A stretch of DNA of 64,000 bases. Origin: Squalus acanthias (taxonomy: Eukaryota). The position numbers were made by a program, and so were the translations under genes. Positions 1 to 13,400 of the stretch are shown here, piece after piece. The stretch covers positions 143,904,001 through 143,968,000 of the forward strand of contig CM059432.1 of NCBI GenBank assembly GCA_030390025.1, given 5' to 3'. A model generated the notes under the pieces. That model had not been told where the DNA came from. It saw only the letters and a list, made by a program, of their open reading frames with translations, and ran no database searches. Numbering within the stretch: the stretch's first letter is position 1; each line of letters begins with the position of its first letter.

Positions 1-159
1 TATGTGACAAAAATATGAAGTAATGGTAGTCTGTCGCTGCTGGTGGTGGAGCGATGTGAGGCGATTAAGTATAGTTTATGACAGTTGCCTTAAAAGGGAT
101 TCCTGCTCCTCCCCCACTATGCTAAATAGAACAAATGACGACACTTTTTATATAATATA

Positions 160-1366
160 AACAGAAAATGCTGGAAATACTCAGCAGGTTAGGAAGCACC
201 TGTGGAGAGAGAAACTGAGTTAACGTTTCAGGTTGGTGACCTTCCATCAGAACTGGAAAATGTTCGAGATGTAATAGTTTCTAAGCAGATACAGTGCCAG
301 GGAAAAGGGCGGGGGAGGGGAGCAAAGAAAAAAAGGGAAGGTCTGTGATGGGGTGGAAGACAGGAGTGATTAAATGATAAAAGGGATAATGGTGCAAGGC
401 AAAAGAGGGTTGTAAAGAAAAAAAAGATGGGTCTAGATGACAACAGCAGAATCCTTGCCAGCACCTGCTGTCTGGAAAAAATGGGAGCAGTGGTTATAAT
501 CTGAAATTGTTGAATTCAATCTTGAGGCTAGAAGGTTGTAAAGTGCCTAATCAAAAGATGAGGTGCTGTTCCTTGAGCTTCTGTTGAGCTTCATTGGAAC
601 AGTGTAGGAGGCCGAGGACAGAGTGGAAGTGGGGCATAGAATTAAAGTGACAGGCGACCAGAAGCTCAGGGTCACGCTTGCAGACAGAACGGAGGTGTTC
701 AGCAAAGCGGTCACCCAATCTGCATTTGGTCTCCCCAATGTAGAGAAGACCGCATCGTAAGCAGCAAATGCAGTATACTAAATTGCAAGAAGTACAAGTG
801 AAACAGCGATTTATTTGGAAGGAGTGTTTGGGTCCCTGGATGGTAGGAAGGGAGGGGATAAAGGGCAGGTGTTGCATTTCCTGCGGTTACGTGGGAACGT
901 GCTGTCCAACGGGGAGCAAGTGTTAGAGGTGATTGAAGAGTGGATCATGATGTCACAGAGGGAACGATCCCTTCGGGATGCTGAGAGGGGAGGGGAATAT
1001 ATGTTTGGTGGTGGGATGGTACTGGGCATGGCGGAAATACTGGAGGATGATCATTTTATGTGGAGGCTGGTGGGGTGGAAGGTGAGGACAAGGGGAACCC
1101 TATCGCACTTCTGGGCTGCAAAGAGGTGAGAGCAGAAGTGCGGGAAATAGGATGGACACGGTTGAGGGCCCTGTCAACCACTGTGGAGAGGAATCCTCGG
1201 TTGAGGAAAAAGGAAGACATATCGGAAGCACTGGTGTGACAGGTGGCATTGTCCGAGCAGATGCAACAGAGACGGAGAAACTGGGAGACTGGAAGTAGAG
1301 TCCTTACAGGAAGTGGGATGGGAGGAAGTGTAATCAAGGTAGTTGTGGGAGTCAGTGGGCTTGTAT
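160..1366 (-). mobile_element. Penelope-like retroelement, 5'-truncated and frameshifted (RT C-terminus, Cys-rich linker, GIY-YIG endonuclease, 3' end)
   Basis: Minus-strand frames give SQFLRLCCICSD...F.NRGF (RT thumb), RRKCNTCP, and NLVYCICCLRCGLLYIGETKCRLGDRFAEH (GIY-YIG). Confidence 0.9.
218..254 (-). ncRNA. Degenerate minimal hammerhead ribozyme motif at the Penelope 3' end
   Basis: Minus strand reads AGUU-CUGAUGGA-AGG UCACCAA CCU-GAAA-CGUU-AACU: stem I, core with one deviation, stem II, GAAA and a palindromic stem III. Confidence 0.65.
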
Positions 1367-2796
1367 CTTTCACTATTCTTTGTTTTTTTCCCCCCTTGTC
1401 CCCTCGTTTTCTTTGTCCTGTGATATTCTTCGTGACAGTGACTTTAATAAATAGATTGTCAACATAACAGGTTTACTTGTGGTTAATGAGGAGCAGTATA
1501 ACAATTGGATTTATAGAAGGGCCCTAATGTGGGTGGTGGGGGGGAATTCCTTCACCCTCCCTTTCACATGTCTCCTTTTTCCTGAAAATCTCTTCTACCA
1601 ATTGGCAGAAATATTGGTCTAAATTTCTGCAGTGTAACCCTGAGGTGATAATTGACATTCAAATTGCAGTAACAGTCTTCATGATTGCTTAAATACATTT
1701 TTATTCTTATCATAAATTGACTTTCAGGACTGCACTTTATATTAAAAGTCTTCCCTTTTGATGTTCCCGTTCATTTTTTTTTTTACAGCTATGAATTTAT
1801 TTGACTCAAATTGACTTTTTTTGAAAATTATAATTGCCTTTCATATCAATGGGCCTGCTTTAATTTCTGCCCCTACCAATGTCACTTCATACCCACCCAT
1901 TAGGCGTCACTGAGAGTAGCCCAGGATGACTAGTTTTAATACTGCCCCTTCTTTCCCGAGGGGAAGTGGCTGGTCTCTTTGTGACATCAGCAGCAACTTG
2001 CATTTATATCGCACCTTTAATGTAGTAAAACGTCCCAAGTCACTTCACAGGAGCGTTACACCACGCCACATAAGCAGATATTGGGGCAGGAGACCAGAGT
2101 CCTCTGACTTGGGGGTCTTGTGGCTGGGCTTTGATTAGTAACATTTCTTGCCACTTAAAAATTTTCAAACCATTTCTAGGCTTTGGTCAGTAAAGATTGC
2201 GCTATTTGAATTGAGAAAGAGATGAAGCTTTGCTCGTTGTGTTGCACTGCTTTCTACTAAAGTGTGTTCTGCACTCTTTCCATTGCATCTAAATTTTGTT
2301 TTATAATGTACTTTATTAATTCAAGGATATGAAAATCTATGTCTAATATATCAACGGAAAGTCTGCGCAAACTTTGTCAACTGTAATTAGTGTGACATGG
2401 GTGTAATTACAATGTGACAAGTTAACAGAGGCAGTTCCCAATATAAATCTGGACATAATGGAAATATAAAAGTCTGTGCAAAATATATGACTTGAAAAGT
2501 GCAACTGAATTATGTCTGTGTGACCTGATCCAATTATCCCCCAGTCTCTACCTCTGCTTCACCTGAACACTGCACTTGGTTTTGACTGAGTACATTGTCT
2601 CAGGAGATTGACTGGTATGTTAAAAACAAGCGCTCTTGCTCTTGAGCAAGCTTCTTGGTCTGTTGGCTTTGAGATCAACAATGATTGAGCCATGGATCAT
2701 GATTGGTTTTCATGAGGAAGGTTTACAGCAAATGTTGCTTATAAAGATAGATTTGTATAAAACTTAATTACGTTACCAGGATGCCACTATATTTAG

Positions 2797-3232
2797 AAGA
2801 AAGAGTTGCATTTATGTAGCATCTTTTACTTCCTCAGGACATCCTAAAGCACTTCACAGCCAATGAATTACTTTTGAGGTGTAGTCACTGTTATGCAGGA
2901 AAATGCAGTAGCCAATTTGCACACAGCAAGATCCTGCAGATTACAATGTGATAAATGACCAGATAATCAGTTTTAGTGATGGTGGTTGAGGAATAACTTT
3001 GTCAGGAAACAAGAGCTCCCCTGCTCTTCTTTAAATAGTGCCATGGGATCTTTTATGTCCACCTGAACAGACAGACTTGGATTAACGTGTCATCCAAAAC
3101 ACTGCACCTCCGTGCAACACCCCCGTGGTACTGAAGTGTTACCTTAGATTATGTGCTCAAGTCTTGGACGAAGGCTTGAACCCACGCCCTTCTGACTCAG
3201 AGGTGAGCGTGTGCTGCCAGTAAGCCAAGGTG
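2797..3232 (-). mobile_element. tRNA-headed Deu-domain SINE (SacSINE1/AmnSINE1-like) with L2-type tail
   Basis: Reverse complement of the copy at 17303. Has a B-box-like head, the Deu core (AAAAGATCCCATGGCACTATTT-like) and an ...ATAAATGCAA tail. Confidence 0.8.
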
Positions 3233-3644
3233 ATGCATTTATGGGATTTTCTCAGTCCAGGAAGTCTGTTGCTATTTCCAGTTAGTTTGTAGATTCTCTA
3301 AAAGTTGTATTGTTGGACATGGTTTACCAGGGTTTCCCACTTTCATTGCCCAATGTTCCTCTTCCAGTCTGACATCACAGCAGCAGAAGGTGTGCGGCAT
3401 CCTGGATACAGTGGCAAGCTCAGAGGGAGTTTGGTGAGAGGGAGAAGTTGTAATTCGTGGTTGAGGTCATTTGAAATAGTTTAAATATTTTGATATAAAG
3501 TGGCAAATGGAAAGCACAATCGGAAAATATGTTCCTGGCCTTGGTTAGTACTCCTGACAGGTGATCAAAGACTGCGGGAGACGGCTCTTTCTCTCGGGAA
3601 CATGAGCAAGCACAGATCTTTAGTTCCAGCTACAGGACGTTTTT

Positions 3645-4810
3645 TAAAATTCATTCATGGGATGTGGGCATCGCTGACAAGGCCAGCACTTATTGTCCAT
3701 CCCTAGTTGCCCTCGAGAAGGTGGTGGTGAGCCGCCTTCTTGAACCGCTGTAGTCCGTGTGGCGAGGGTACTCCCACAGCGCTGTTAGGGAGGGAGTTCC
3801 AGGATTTTGACCCAGCGACGATGAAGGATCGGCGATATACTTCCAAGTCAGGATGGTGTGTGACTTGGAGGTGGTGGTGTTCCCATGCGCCTGCTGCCCT
3901 TATCCTTCTAGGTGGTAGAGGTCGCGGGTTTGGGAGGTGCTGCCGAAGAAACCTTGGTGAGTTGCTGCAGTGCATCTTGTAGATGGGACGCACTGCAGCC
4001 ACGGTACGCCGGTGGTGGAGGGAGTGAATGTTTACGGTGGTAGATGGGGTGCCAATCAAGCGGGCTGCTTTGTCCTGGATGGTGTCGAGCTTCTTGAGTG
4101 TTGTTGGAGCTGCACTCATCCAGGCAAGTGGAGAGTATTCTATCACACTCCTTGTGCCTTGTAGATGGTGGAAAGGCTTTGGGGAATCAGGAGGTGAGAC
4201 ACTCGCCGCAGAATACCTAGCCTCTGACCTGCTCTTGTTGCCACAGTATTTATGTGGCTGGTCCAGTTAAGTTTCTGGTCAATGGTGACCCCCCCAGGAT
4301 GTTGATGGTGGTGGATTCAGCGATGGTAATGCAGTTGAATGTCAAGGGGCGGTGGTTAGACACTCGCTTGTTGGAGATAGTCATTGCCTGGCACTTCTGT
4401 GGCGCGAATGTTACCTGCCACTTATCAGCCCAAGCCTGGATGTCGTCCAGGCCTTGTTGCATGCGGGCATGGACTGCTTCATTATCTGAGGAGTTGTGAA
4501 TGGCACTGAACACTGTGCAGTCATCAGCGAACATCCCCATTTCTGACCTTATGTTGGAGGGAAGGTCATTGATGAAGCAGCTGATGATGGTTGGGCCTTG
4601 GACACTGCCCTGAGGAACTCCTGCAGCGATGTCCTGGGGCTGAGATGATTGACCTCCAACCACCACAACCATCTTCCTTTGTGGTAGGTATGACTCCAGC
4701 CAGTGGAGAGTTTTCCCCCCGATTCCCATTGACTTCAATTTACTGGGGCTCCTTGATGCCACACTCGGTCAAATGCTGCCTCGATATCAAGGGCCGTCAC
4801 TCTCACCTCC
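3645..4810 (-). mobile_element. 5'-truncated CR1-group LINE (RT fragment to 3' end)
   Basis: ALDIEAAFDRVWHQG, GVPQGSV.GP and FADD motifs in broken frames. The same 3' end recurs several times in the window. Confidence 0.9.
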
Positions 4811-5090
4811 CCCTTCCTTCCCAAAGAAAAGCAAGAAAAAAGAACAATATGAGTTGCCCTGTTGGTGGAGTTAGTAGCAAACTCCACAGTGTGACTGGAA
4901 GGGAAACTTCCGGGCAGGAGATCAGGTAAAGAGCATTTGTGGATAGTGTATGCATTTTGCCAAAAGAAAACCATCTAGCAATGCTTACAACTGTTGCCGA
5001 TAGTAACTATTAACCAGATCACATGAGGTTATGTAGACTTATTTAAAAGGGAACATCTACCTATTTTTCTGACAGAGGGAGAGAAGCAAT

Positions 5091-5118
5091 GAGAGAGACA
5101 CACACACACACACACACA
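5091..5118 (+). repeat. (GA)n(CA)n microsatellite
   Basis: gagagaga followed directly by a CA run. Confidence 0.9.
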
Positions 5119-6767
5119 GGCACAGGAGGTATCTGCGAAGCATAGAGAGAAAACAAGCTATGGAGAAAGAGGGAGACAGAGACTAATGCAGGGAGTGGGA
5201 GACGAGCAAACACAGTTACAGGAAGAGACTATTTTCTTTAACTTTGCTCCACGTGCAATGCCATGGGAGATGAACTAGTGTTTTTTATAATCTACTCTGG
5301 CCACAGAATCTCCATGAAATGGACTGAATTATTTCTATCTAAGCTTGCAGTAATGATGTCACAATCATTAATTCTGCGGTGTGAATGACACTGCACTGGG
5401 GATAGGCAATTGGTTGTTGCCAGTACAAAAATGGACTGATAGTGAGTACATCTCCACAGACAAATTACAGCTATCCTTTAAAAAGGAGCAGATTCAAAGG
5501 CTGTAATTGAACCTCCATGTTCAGGTGATGGTTATGACTATGACTTTCTTGAGCTTTCATTTTTTTTTTCTAAATGTTGCTTTATTCCCTCGAGTATCCC
5601 AGAAAAAAAAAATTAAAACTTGATTCTTTAGCTGTGATACTACCGAGGTTGGTGTGTGTAGTGAAAGCTGCATTAATTGAGAGTATGTGGAAAGTTGGTT
5701 AAGTCAGATAGTTACGGTCCAGTCATGGGATGTTGCTGCACGGAAATAGGCCATTCGGCATATCGTGTCTGTGCCAGAGTTTTGCTCTACATGAACCACC
5801 TAGTCTAATCCCACTCTCCTATTTGCTCCGCAACCCTCTTAATTCTCTTTTTAAAAATTGTACCATTCTGTGCCTAATACAGTTGACACAGGCACCACAG
5901 TATTTCACTTGACTGTGTTCAAGGCACCTTCAATCTAATCTGACAGTCTTAGATGAAGAGGGTGGGAGGAGGCTCGTATGGAGCATAAACGCTGGAATAG
6001 ACAAGTTGGGCCAAATGGCCTGTTTCTGTGCTGTACATTCTACGTAATCCACTCTTAAAACCTGCTACAGAGTACCAGAGCTGATAAATCTATTGCTTCT
6101 GCTCTAACTCTGAGCTGATCTGATCTAATTCAGTCTTGTTTGCTCATATAAGTTATTACAGAAAAATATAATCAATATAAAAATTACAGCTATCCTTTTT
6201 AAAAAAGAAAATCAAGTCTCTACTTGACTCCCCAAGTTCAGGTGATGGTTATAAAATGTATTAATTAGAAATTACTTGGAAGTAAAGCAAAAAATAATGA
6301 ATGGGGATCAATAAAGACGAGACCAGTCGAAGTAAAGTGCTTAATTTCTCATTGTTTAAAGTTGTTAACCCTGTACTAAAATATATCGTTGCAGTAATTA
6401 AGCTGCTCCTATTCTAGTAGCCTTGCAGCTATTCTGTTTTATACATTTCATAAATTACAAAGTTAAAAAATAATTTTAGCACAGTTCTCCAAGTCCTCCT
6501 TTAATGCCCTACTAAACTATTATGTACACAGGTTGCATATCAGATCAGCGCCTTGTATAAAGTAAACAAGTGAAGGGTGCGAGTGAATTTGGATGGCTGT
6601 GACATAAGGGCCTTATTTCCCGTGTCCCTGGAGTGTATTCTGTTTTCTTTAAATGCATGTAGCATATGATTTGGTATTTAATGGGTTGTTTTTCTAGTTG
6701 CTTTCAAGTGTCCTTTATATCTGCATGTACTGTTGTGGCTGTGACATAATGCGAAGGCAGGTGACAT

Positions 6768-7670
6768 GATAGAATCATAGAATGGTTACAGCACTGAAGG
6801 AGGCCATTCGGCCCATCGAGCCCATGCCAGCTCTCTGCAAGATCACTTCAGCTACTCAAATTTTTTTCCTTCAGGTACTTATCCAATTCCCTTTTGAAAG
6901 CCATGACTGAATCTGCCTCCAACACCCTCTCAGGCAGTGCATTCCAGATCCTAACCACTCGCTGCATAAAAAAAGTTTTTCCTCATGTTGCCTTTGATTC
7001 TTTTGCCAATCACCTTAAATCTGTGTCCTCTGGTTCTCGACCCTTCCACCAATGGAAACAGTTTCTCGCTATCTATTCTGTCTAGACCCATCATGATTTT
7101 GAACACCTCTGCCAAATCTCCTCTCAACCTTCTCTGCTCCAGGAGAACAACCATAGCTTCTCTAACCTATCCACGTAACTGAAGTCCCTCATCCCTGGAA
7201 CCGTTCTCGTAAATCTTTTCTGCACCCTCTCTAAGGCTTTCACATCCTTCCTAAAGTGCGGTGCCCAGAACTGGACACAATGCTCAGTTGAGGCCGAACC
7301 AGTGTTTTATAAAGGTTCATCATAACTTCCTTGCTTTTGTACTCTATGCCTCTATTTATGAAGCCCAGGATTCCGTAAGCTTTTTAATCGCTTTCTCAAC
7401 CTGCCCTGCCACCTTCAATGATTTGTGCACATATACCCCCAGCTCTCTCATGCACTCCCTTTAGAATTGTACCCTTTAGCTTATATTGCCTCTCCTCGTT
7501 CTTCCTACCAAAATGTATCACTTCGCACTTTTCTGCGTTAAATTTCATCTGCCACGTGTCCACCCATTCCACCAGCCTGTCTATGTCCTCTTGAAGTCTA
7601 TCACTATCCTACTCACTGTTCACTATACTTCCAAGTTCTGTGGCAACTGCAAATTTTGAAATTGTGCCCT
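6768..7670 (-). mobile_element. CR1 LINE 3' fragment
   Basis: LEQRRLRGDL..VFKIM...RTRGHRFK motif, CR1 3' hairpin region and a TTCTATGA-type tail. Confidence 0.9.
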
Positions 7671-8841
7671 TGCTGGGTTTACCCTTACAGCCTTTTTTGA
7701 ACTTTGATTATTTTCCCCCTCCCCTGCAGCAGTTTGAATGTGGAGCTGTGATGTTGTGGAGCAGAGCGAGGGGAAAGTGGAATTGTTTAGCGGTAGGCTT
7801 CGAGGGAAGTTTTGGTTTGGGGCTTTTTTGCAGCATCTCATTTGCATAATCTTCAATCCAGTCGGCAGCCTTGCACTTCTTGGCAATGCGCTAAATCCCA
7901 GCAGTTGCTCACGGGAAGCAGAGACCGTTCAAGTACACCACCGCTCTACAAGATGTATGTATTCTATAAGAAGCTCTGCTTGAAAGCTTAACCACCCGCG
8001 AGTTCAGATTGGCTTTGGGTCCAGTGATGTGAAGTTGCTGCATTTTTGTTTCCCAGGCAGGGCTGACCCCTAATTACTCCTCCTAAATAACCACTCCCAG
8101 GAATCTTTTGAATGCTGTTGATGTATTGACATGGCTCCCCAGGTTGACAGATCTTTGGTATAACAACATAGAACAGTGGTGTTTACTAATAATTTTGCAA
8201 TGCCCACTTGGGTTGGAGGTGGTCTTTAAATACTTGGCTACAATGCATGCAGGCACTTGAATGCATTGCATGTACCAAGTGTGTACCACACTGAAATGAC
8301 TGAGACCTTCCAGTAGCACACCGAGCTTAAATTTTAGAGTAGTAAATACTGATGTTTGCCCGTAGTGCTTGCATCGATATAAACACCGCGTGAGGGATGT
8401 TTAAAGTTCCACTTGCTTACCTGCCATATCGGTAGAGCACAAAAATAAAACGCACCTGCTCCCAAAGCTACAGGTACCTTGAGCTTGAATTAAGGGTGGG
8501 GAGAGAGGAGTTCAAGTGAACAGCCATGGTCTTGCACTCAATTACAACGTTAGAGAAGAATTCCAAATGGCCACGGTACTTTGTTTTTTCACCGATAATT
8601 GGAAGTGCGGTAACAATTTTTCCATCATTTTGCATTTAGCATTAATGCACTGTTTTACTCTCTGGCCACATGTAAAGCTCTCAACATCAAAGACCAGCTA
8701 TTTGTTCTAAAGTAGCAACCATAAAGAAGGCCTTTTTAGGCTTTGAGCTATGACACTGCCCTATTTTGCTTGTATTTAGAATAATTTAGTACGCTTTAAT
8801 CTAATTGTTCCGTGTGAAGTACTGTTTCTTTTTACAACATT

Positions 8842-9675
8842 GGCCCTGAATTTGCGGTTGGCATGATGGCGAACTTGTCATCGTTCACCGTCATACCGCC
8901 TTTGAAACTGACTGCAAGTTCGGAATCCCGAACTTGCGATCTGTCAAGTTACGAATACACAGAGGATTCGCTGCGTCTTTCACCTCCTGATAGAAGTCAG
9001 GGTGCTGGCAAAATGTTGGGGTAATTGCGCTTTCAATTTTTAAGTCTTGTGTAAGCAGGCGCAGGAAGCCTGTTGCACAGTGTAAGGGGACCAGCAGAAA
9101 GGTTTTTATTGGGAATGAAGTTCTAACACCCATCACTATTGATAGGTACCATCGATTTTATATTGTACATAGCCCTGTTAGGCTGTGTATCCCGCAAGAA
9201 AATGGTTTGCACTCAGCCAGTGGAAATTTAGAACAGTCATTGTAGATTGCCATTTTTGTTTTCATTTAAATCATGAGAACGGCAGCATTTTTATTTTTAG
9301 ATGTCCTGAACATGTCACCAGATGGTATGTGTAGTGTTGCAATTACTGAGGAAATTGACCTAGATATTTTGTCGAATATACGCCACCAAGGACAGTGACT
9401 GTCTCGCTAAGCACAGACATACCAGCTACAAGCAGCATTAAAGCTGGCGAGACCCGAATGAATAGCTTATAGGCTAAGGATCAGGAAGTAAAAGAACCAC
9501 CGCCCCACATGATCTCAGGTTCTCATACGAATAACGGTGTGCTCCTGGGCTCCATCTGTGTGGAACTCTGCAGTGTTGTAAAGGAAGTTCTCACGGGGGA
9601 TCGCACGAGGTAGGTGTGGATTTACTTACGATGTTGGCGACGTACTCCTTCGTCGCCGACTGCAAATTCAGGCCC
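8842..9675. mobile_element. Non-autonomous TIR element (MITE, possibly PIF/Harbinger-like)
   Basis: The left end ggccctgaatttgcggttggc is the near-perfect inverse of the right end gccgactgcaaattcaggccc. No coding capacity. The superfamily assignment is a guess. Confidence 0.7.
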
Positions 9676-10421
9676 AATAGCTCCCAACAGTACAATTGTT
9701 TCTTTAAGAAGGCAGACATAGATGTAATTGGTAACGTGTCTGTAAGCTTTTTGTAAACCTGCCACAGGTAAAAATGCTTTAAGCAAAATTCTTGCTACTT
9801 GATGTATATCCATGACAATAGGCAGTCGATACATTAGTATCGTCAAGTTGCAAACTATTTAGCTGATGAAATTAATTGCAACTAAATTTGCAACTACAGT
9901 CAGTGATTTTTATTTTTATTTTTATTTTCCCTGCCTCTGGTACTGTCACCTGTCTTTCAGGAGGTGGTCTGATTTGGACACTGCAAAGCGCTGTACTTTC
10001 CATGCTTCTTAGTGTGGGTCAGGTGAATCACCCTGCAGTGGAGGAAAGGTAACCTTGAAAGCCTTTATTTCCTCTTGCACTGGAGTGTGGTGCTGCATTT
10101 AACAAGCTCCACCATAGGATGTATGTAACTTTGCATTTCCTGTCCTGCAACATCATATTGCTATGACCTAATCAAGAGAACAATTGTACTAAAGAGAGGT
10201 TAAAAATATAAAACTTTGTAGGATGTCAGAGGGAGTTGAAAGAATTAATTTTAAATTTAACAAGCTTTAGCTGGACTAGATGTTGGGGGGGAAAATTGGT
10301 TCATTTGTTATCTTTTTCTTATAATGTGGGACCTGCCTTAAAAGGAATCCCTAGAATTGAAAGGCAGGTTCTGATCTCGGTGTTAGTTGAGTGAGCACAC
10401 ACATGTACACATACTGTACAT

Positions 10422-13400
10422 ATAAGAACATAAAAAATAGCAGCAGAAGTAGGCCATTTGGACCTTCGAGCCTGCTCCTGCCATTCAATAAGATCATGGC
10501 TGATCTTCTACCTCAAATCCACTTTCCTGCACTATCCCCATATCCCTTGATTCCCTTAATATCCAAAAATCTATCGATCTCTGTCTTTGAATATACTCAA
10601 TGACTGAGCCTGCACAGCCCTCTGGGGTAGAGAATTCCAAAGATTCACCACCCTCTGAGTGAAGAAATTTCTCCTCATCTCAGTCCTAAATGGCCGACCC
10701 CTTATTCTGGGACTGTGACCCCGGTTCTAGACTCCCCAGCCAAGGGGAACATCCTCCCTGCTTCTACCCTGTCAAGCCCTGTAAGAATTTTGTATGTTTC
10801 AATGAAATCACCTCTCATTCTTCTGAACTCCAGAGAATATAGGCCTGGTCTACTCAATCTCTCCTCCTAGGACAATCCCCCCATCCCAGGAATCAGTCTG
10901 GTGAACCTTCACTGCACTCCCTCTGTGGCAAGTATATCCTTCCTTAGGTAAGGAGATCAAAACTGTACACAATACTCCAGGTGTAGTCTAACCAGGGCCC
11001 TATATAATTGCAGTAAGACGTCTTTACTCTTGTACTCAAATCCTCTTGTAATAAAGGCCAACATACCATTTACTTTCCTAATTGCTTGCTGTACCTGCAT
11101 GTTAGCTTTCAGTGATTCGTGTACAAGGACAACCAGGTCCCTTGGAACACCACCATTTCCCAATCTCTCTCCATTTAAAAAATATGCTTTTCTATTTTTC
11201 CTACCAAGGTAGATAAGTTCACATTTCTCACATATTCCATTTGCCATGTTCTTGCCCACTTGCTTAGCCTGTCTATATCCCCTTGAAGCCTCTTTGCATC
11301 CTCCTCACAACTTACATTCCCACCTAGCTTTGTATCATCAGGAAACTTGGATATATTACATTTGGTCCCCTCATCCAAATCATTGATATAGATTGTGAAT
11401 AGCTGAGGCCCAAGCACTGATCCTTGCGGTACCCCACTAGTTACAGCTTGTCAACCCGAAAATGACCCGTTTATTCCTACTCTCTGTTTTCTGTCTGTTA
11501 ACCAATCCTCAATCCATGCCAGTATATTGCCCCCAATCCCATGAGCTCTAATTTTGTTTAATAACCTCTTGTGTGGCACCTTATCGAATGCCTTCTGAAA
11601 ATCTAAATACACCACATCCACTGGTTCCCGCTTAGCTATTCTGTTAGTTACAACCTCAAAAAACTCGAACGGATTTGTCAAACATGATTTCCCTTTTATA
11701 AATCCGTGTTGACTCTGCCCAATCCTATTATTTTCTAAGTGCCCTGTTACCATGTCCTTAATAATAAACTATGTAGTTTGCTTTGTTTAGATTTAAGACA
11801 CTAGTTTCGGATTTAACTAAATCACTTTCAAACTCAATGTAAAATTCTATCATATTATGGTCACTCTTCCCTAAAGGCCCCTTTACTACAAGGCTATTAA
11901 TTAACCCTTTCTTGTTGCACATACTAGATCTAAAATAGCCTGTTCCCTAGTTGGTTCCTCAACATACTGATCTAGAAAACTATCTTGTATACATTCCATG
12001 AATTCGTCCTCCACACTATTACTGCAAATTTGGTTTGCCCAGTCTATATGTAGATTAAAGTCCCCCATGATTTCTGTATTACACTTGTTACATGCGCCTC
12101 TAATTTCCTGATTTATACTCTGCCCTACATTTCAACTACTGTTTGGGGGCCTATAAACAACTCCGACCAGTGTTTTCTGCCCCTTGCTGTTTCTTAGCTC
12201 CACCTAAACTGATTCTACTTCTTGATTTTCGGAGCTAAGATCCTTTCTCTCTACTGCCTTTATCCCATCCTTTATTATCAGGGCTACCCCTCCTCCTTTT
12301 CCATTTTGCCTATCTCTTCTAAAAGTTAAGTATCCTGGAATATTTACTTCCCAACCTTGGCCACTTTGCAACCACGTCTCCGTAATGGCTATTAGATCAC
12401 ATCTATTAATTTCTATCTGCATGATTAATTCATCTATTTTGTTGCGAATGCTTCGCGCATTCATATATTGTGCCTTTAGCTTTGACTTATTTCTATTTTT
12501 CCCTGATGTCACCTTAGTCACTGATGCCTTATTACCTTTGTTACTCTTTCTGTCCCTTCCTGACCCACTCTGCTTATTTTTACCCAAAACTCCATTCTGC
12601 TCTAGAGCCTTGACATTTCTCTCACTGCTTTTAAATTTACTCTTTCCTGAATCCTCCCACCCCACCCTCTTCATTAGTTTAAAGCCCTATCTACTGCCCT
12701 AGTTATTCGGTTCGCCAGGACACTGGTTCCAGCCCGGTTTAAGTGGAGCCCGTCCCAACGGAACAGCTCCTTCTTTTCCCCGTACTGGTGCCAGTGCCCC
12801 ATGAACTGAAACCCCTTCCTCCCACACCACTCTTTGAGCCACACATTTAAACCTCTAATCTGTTTGTCCCTGTGCCAATTTGCGTGTGGCTCAAGTAACA
12901 ATCCAGAAATTATTACCTTTGAGGTTCTGCTTTTTAATTTGGATCTTAGCTCCTCAAACTCTCTCAGCAGAACCTCATTCCTAGTTCTACCTGTGTCATT
13001 GGTTCCTACATAGACCATGACAACTGGATCCTCCCCCTCCCACTCCAAGTTCTTCTCCAGCTGCGAGGAGATATCTTTAACCCTGGCACCAGGCAGGCAA
13101 CACCTTCGGAACTCCCGGTCATGGCTGCAGGGAACAGTACCTATTCCCCCTGACTATGCTGTCGCCTACCACTACCACATTCCTTTTTACTCCCCCCACT
13201 TGAATGGCCTCCTGTACCACGGTGCCGTGGTCAGTTTGCCCATCCTCCCTGCAGTCCTTATTCTCATCCGTACAGGCAGCAAGTACCTCGTACCTGTTGG
13301 ACAAGGTCAAAGGCTGAGGCTCCTCCATCACTACATCCTGGGTCCTCATACCTCCTGACTCGCAGTCACACCCTCCTGACCCTGACCATTGACTATTTCT

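Noticed and set aside
7990..8015. ER-stress element (ERSE / ERSE-II) near an inverted CCAAT
   Set aside because: The required CCACG half-site is not present at the correct spacing.
8410..8430. cttacctgcca resembling the U1 snRNA 5' end
   Set aside because: Only about 8 nt match and no U1 body follows; it is equivalent to a random minus-strand donor motif.
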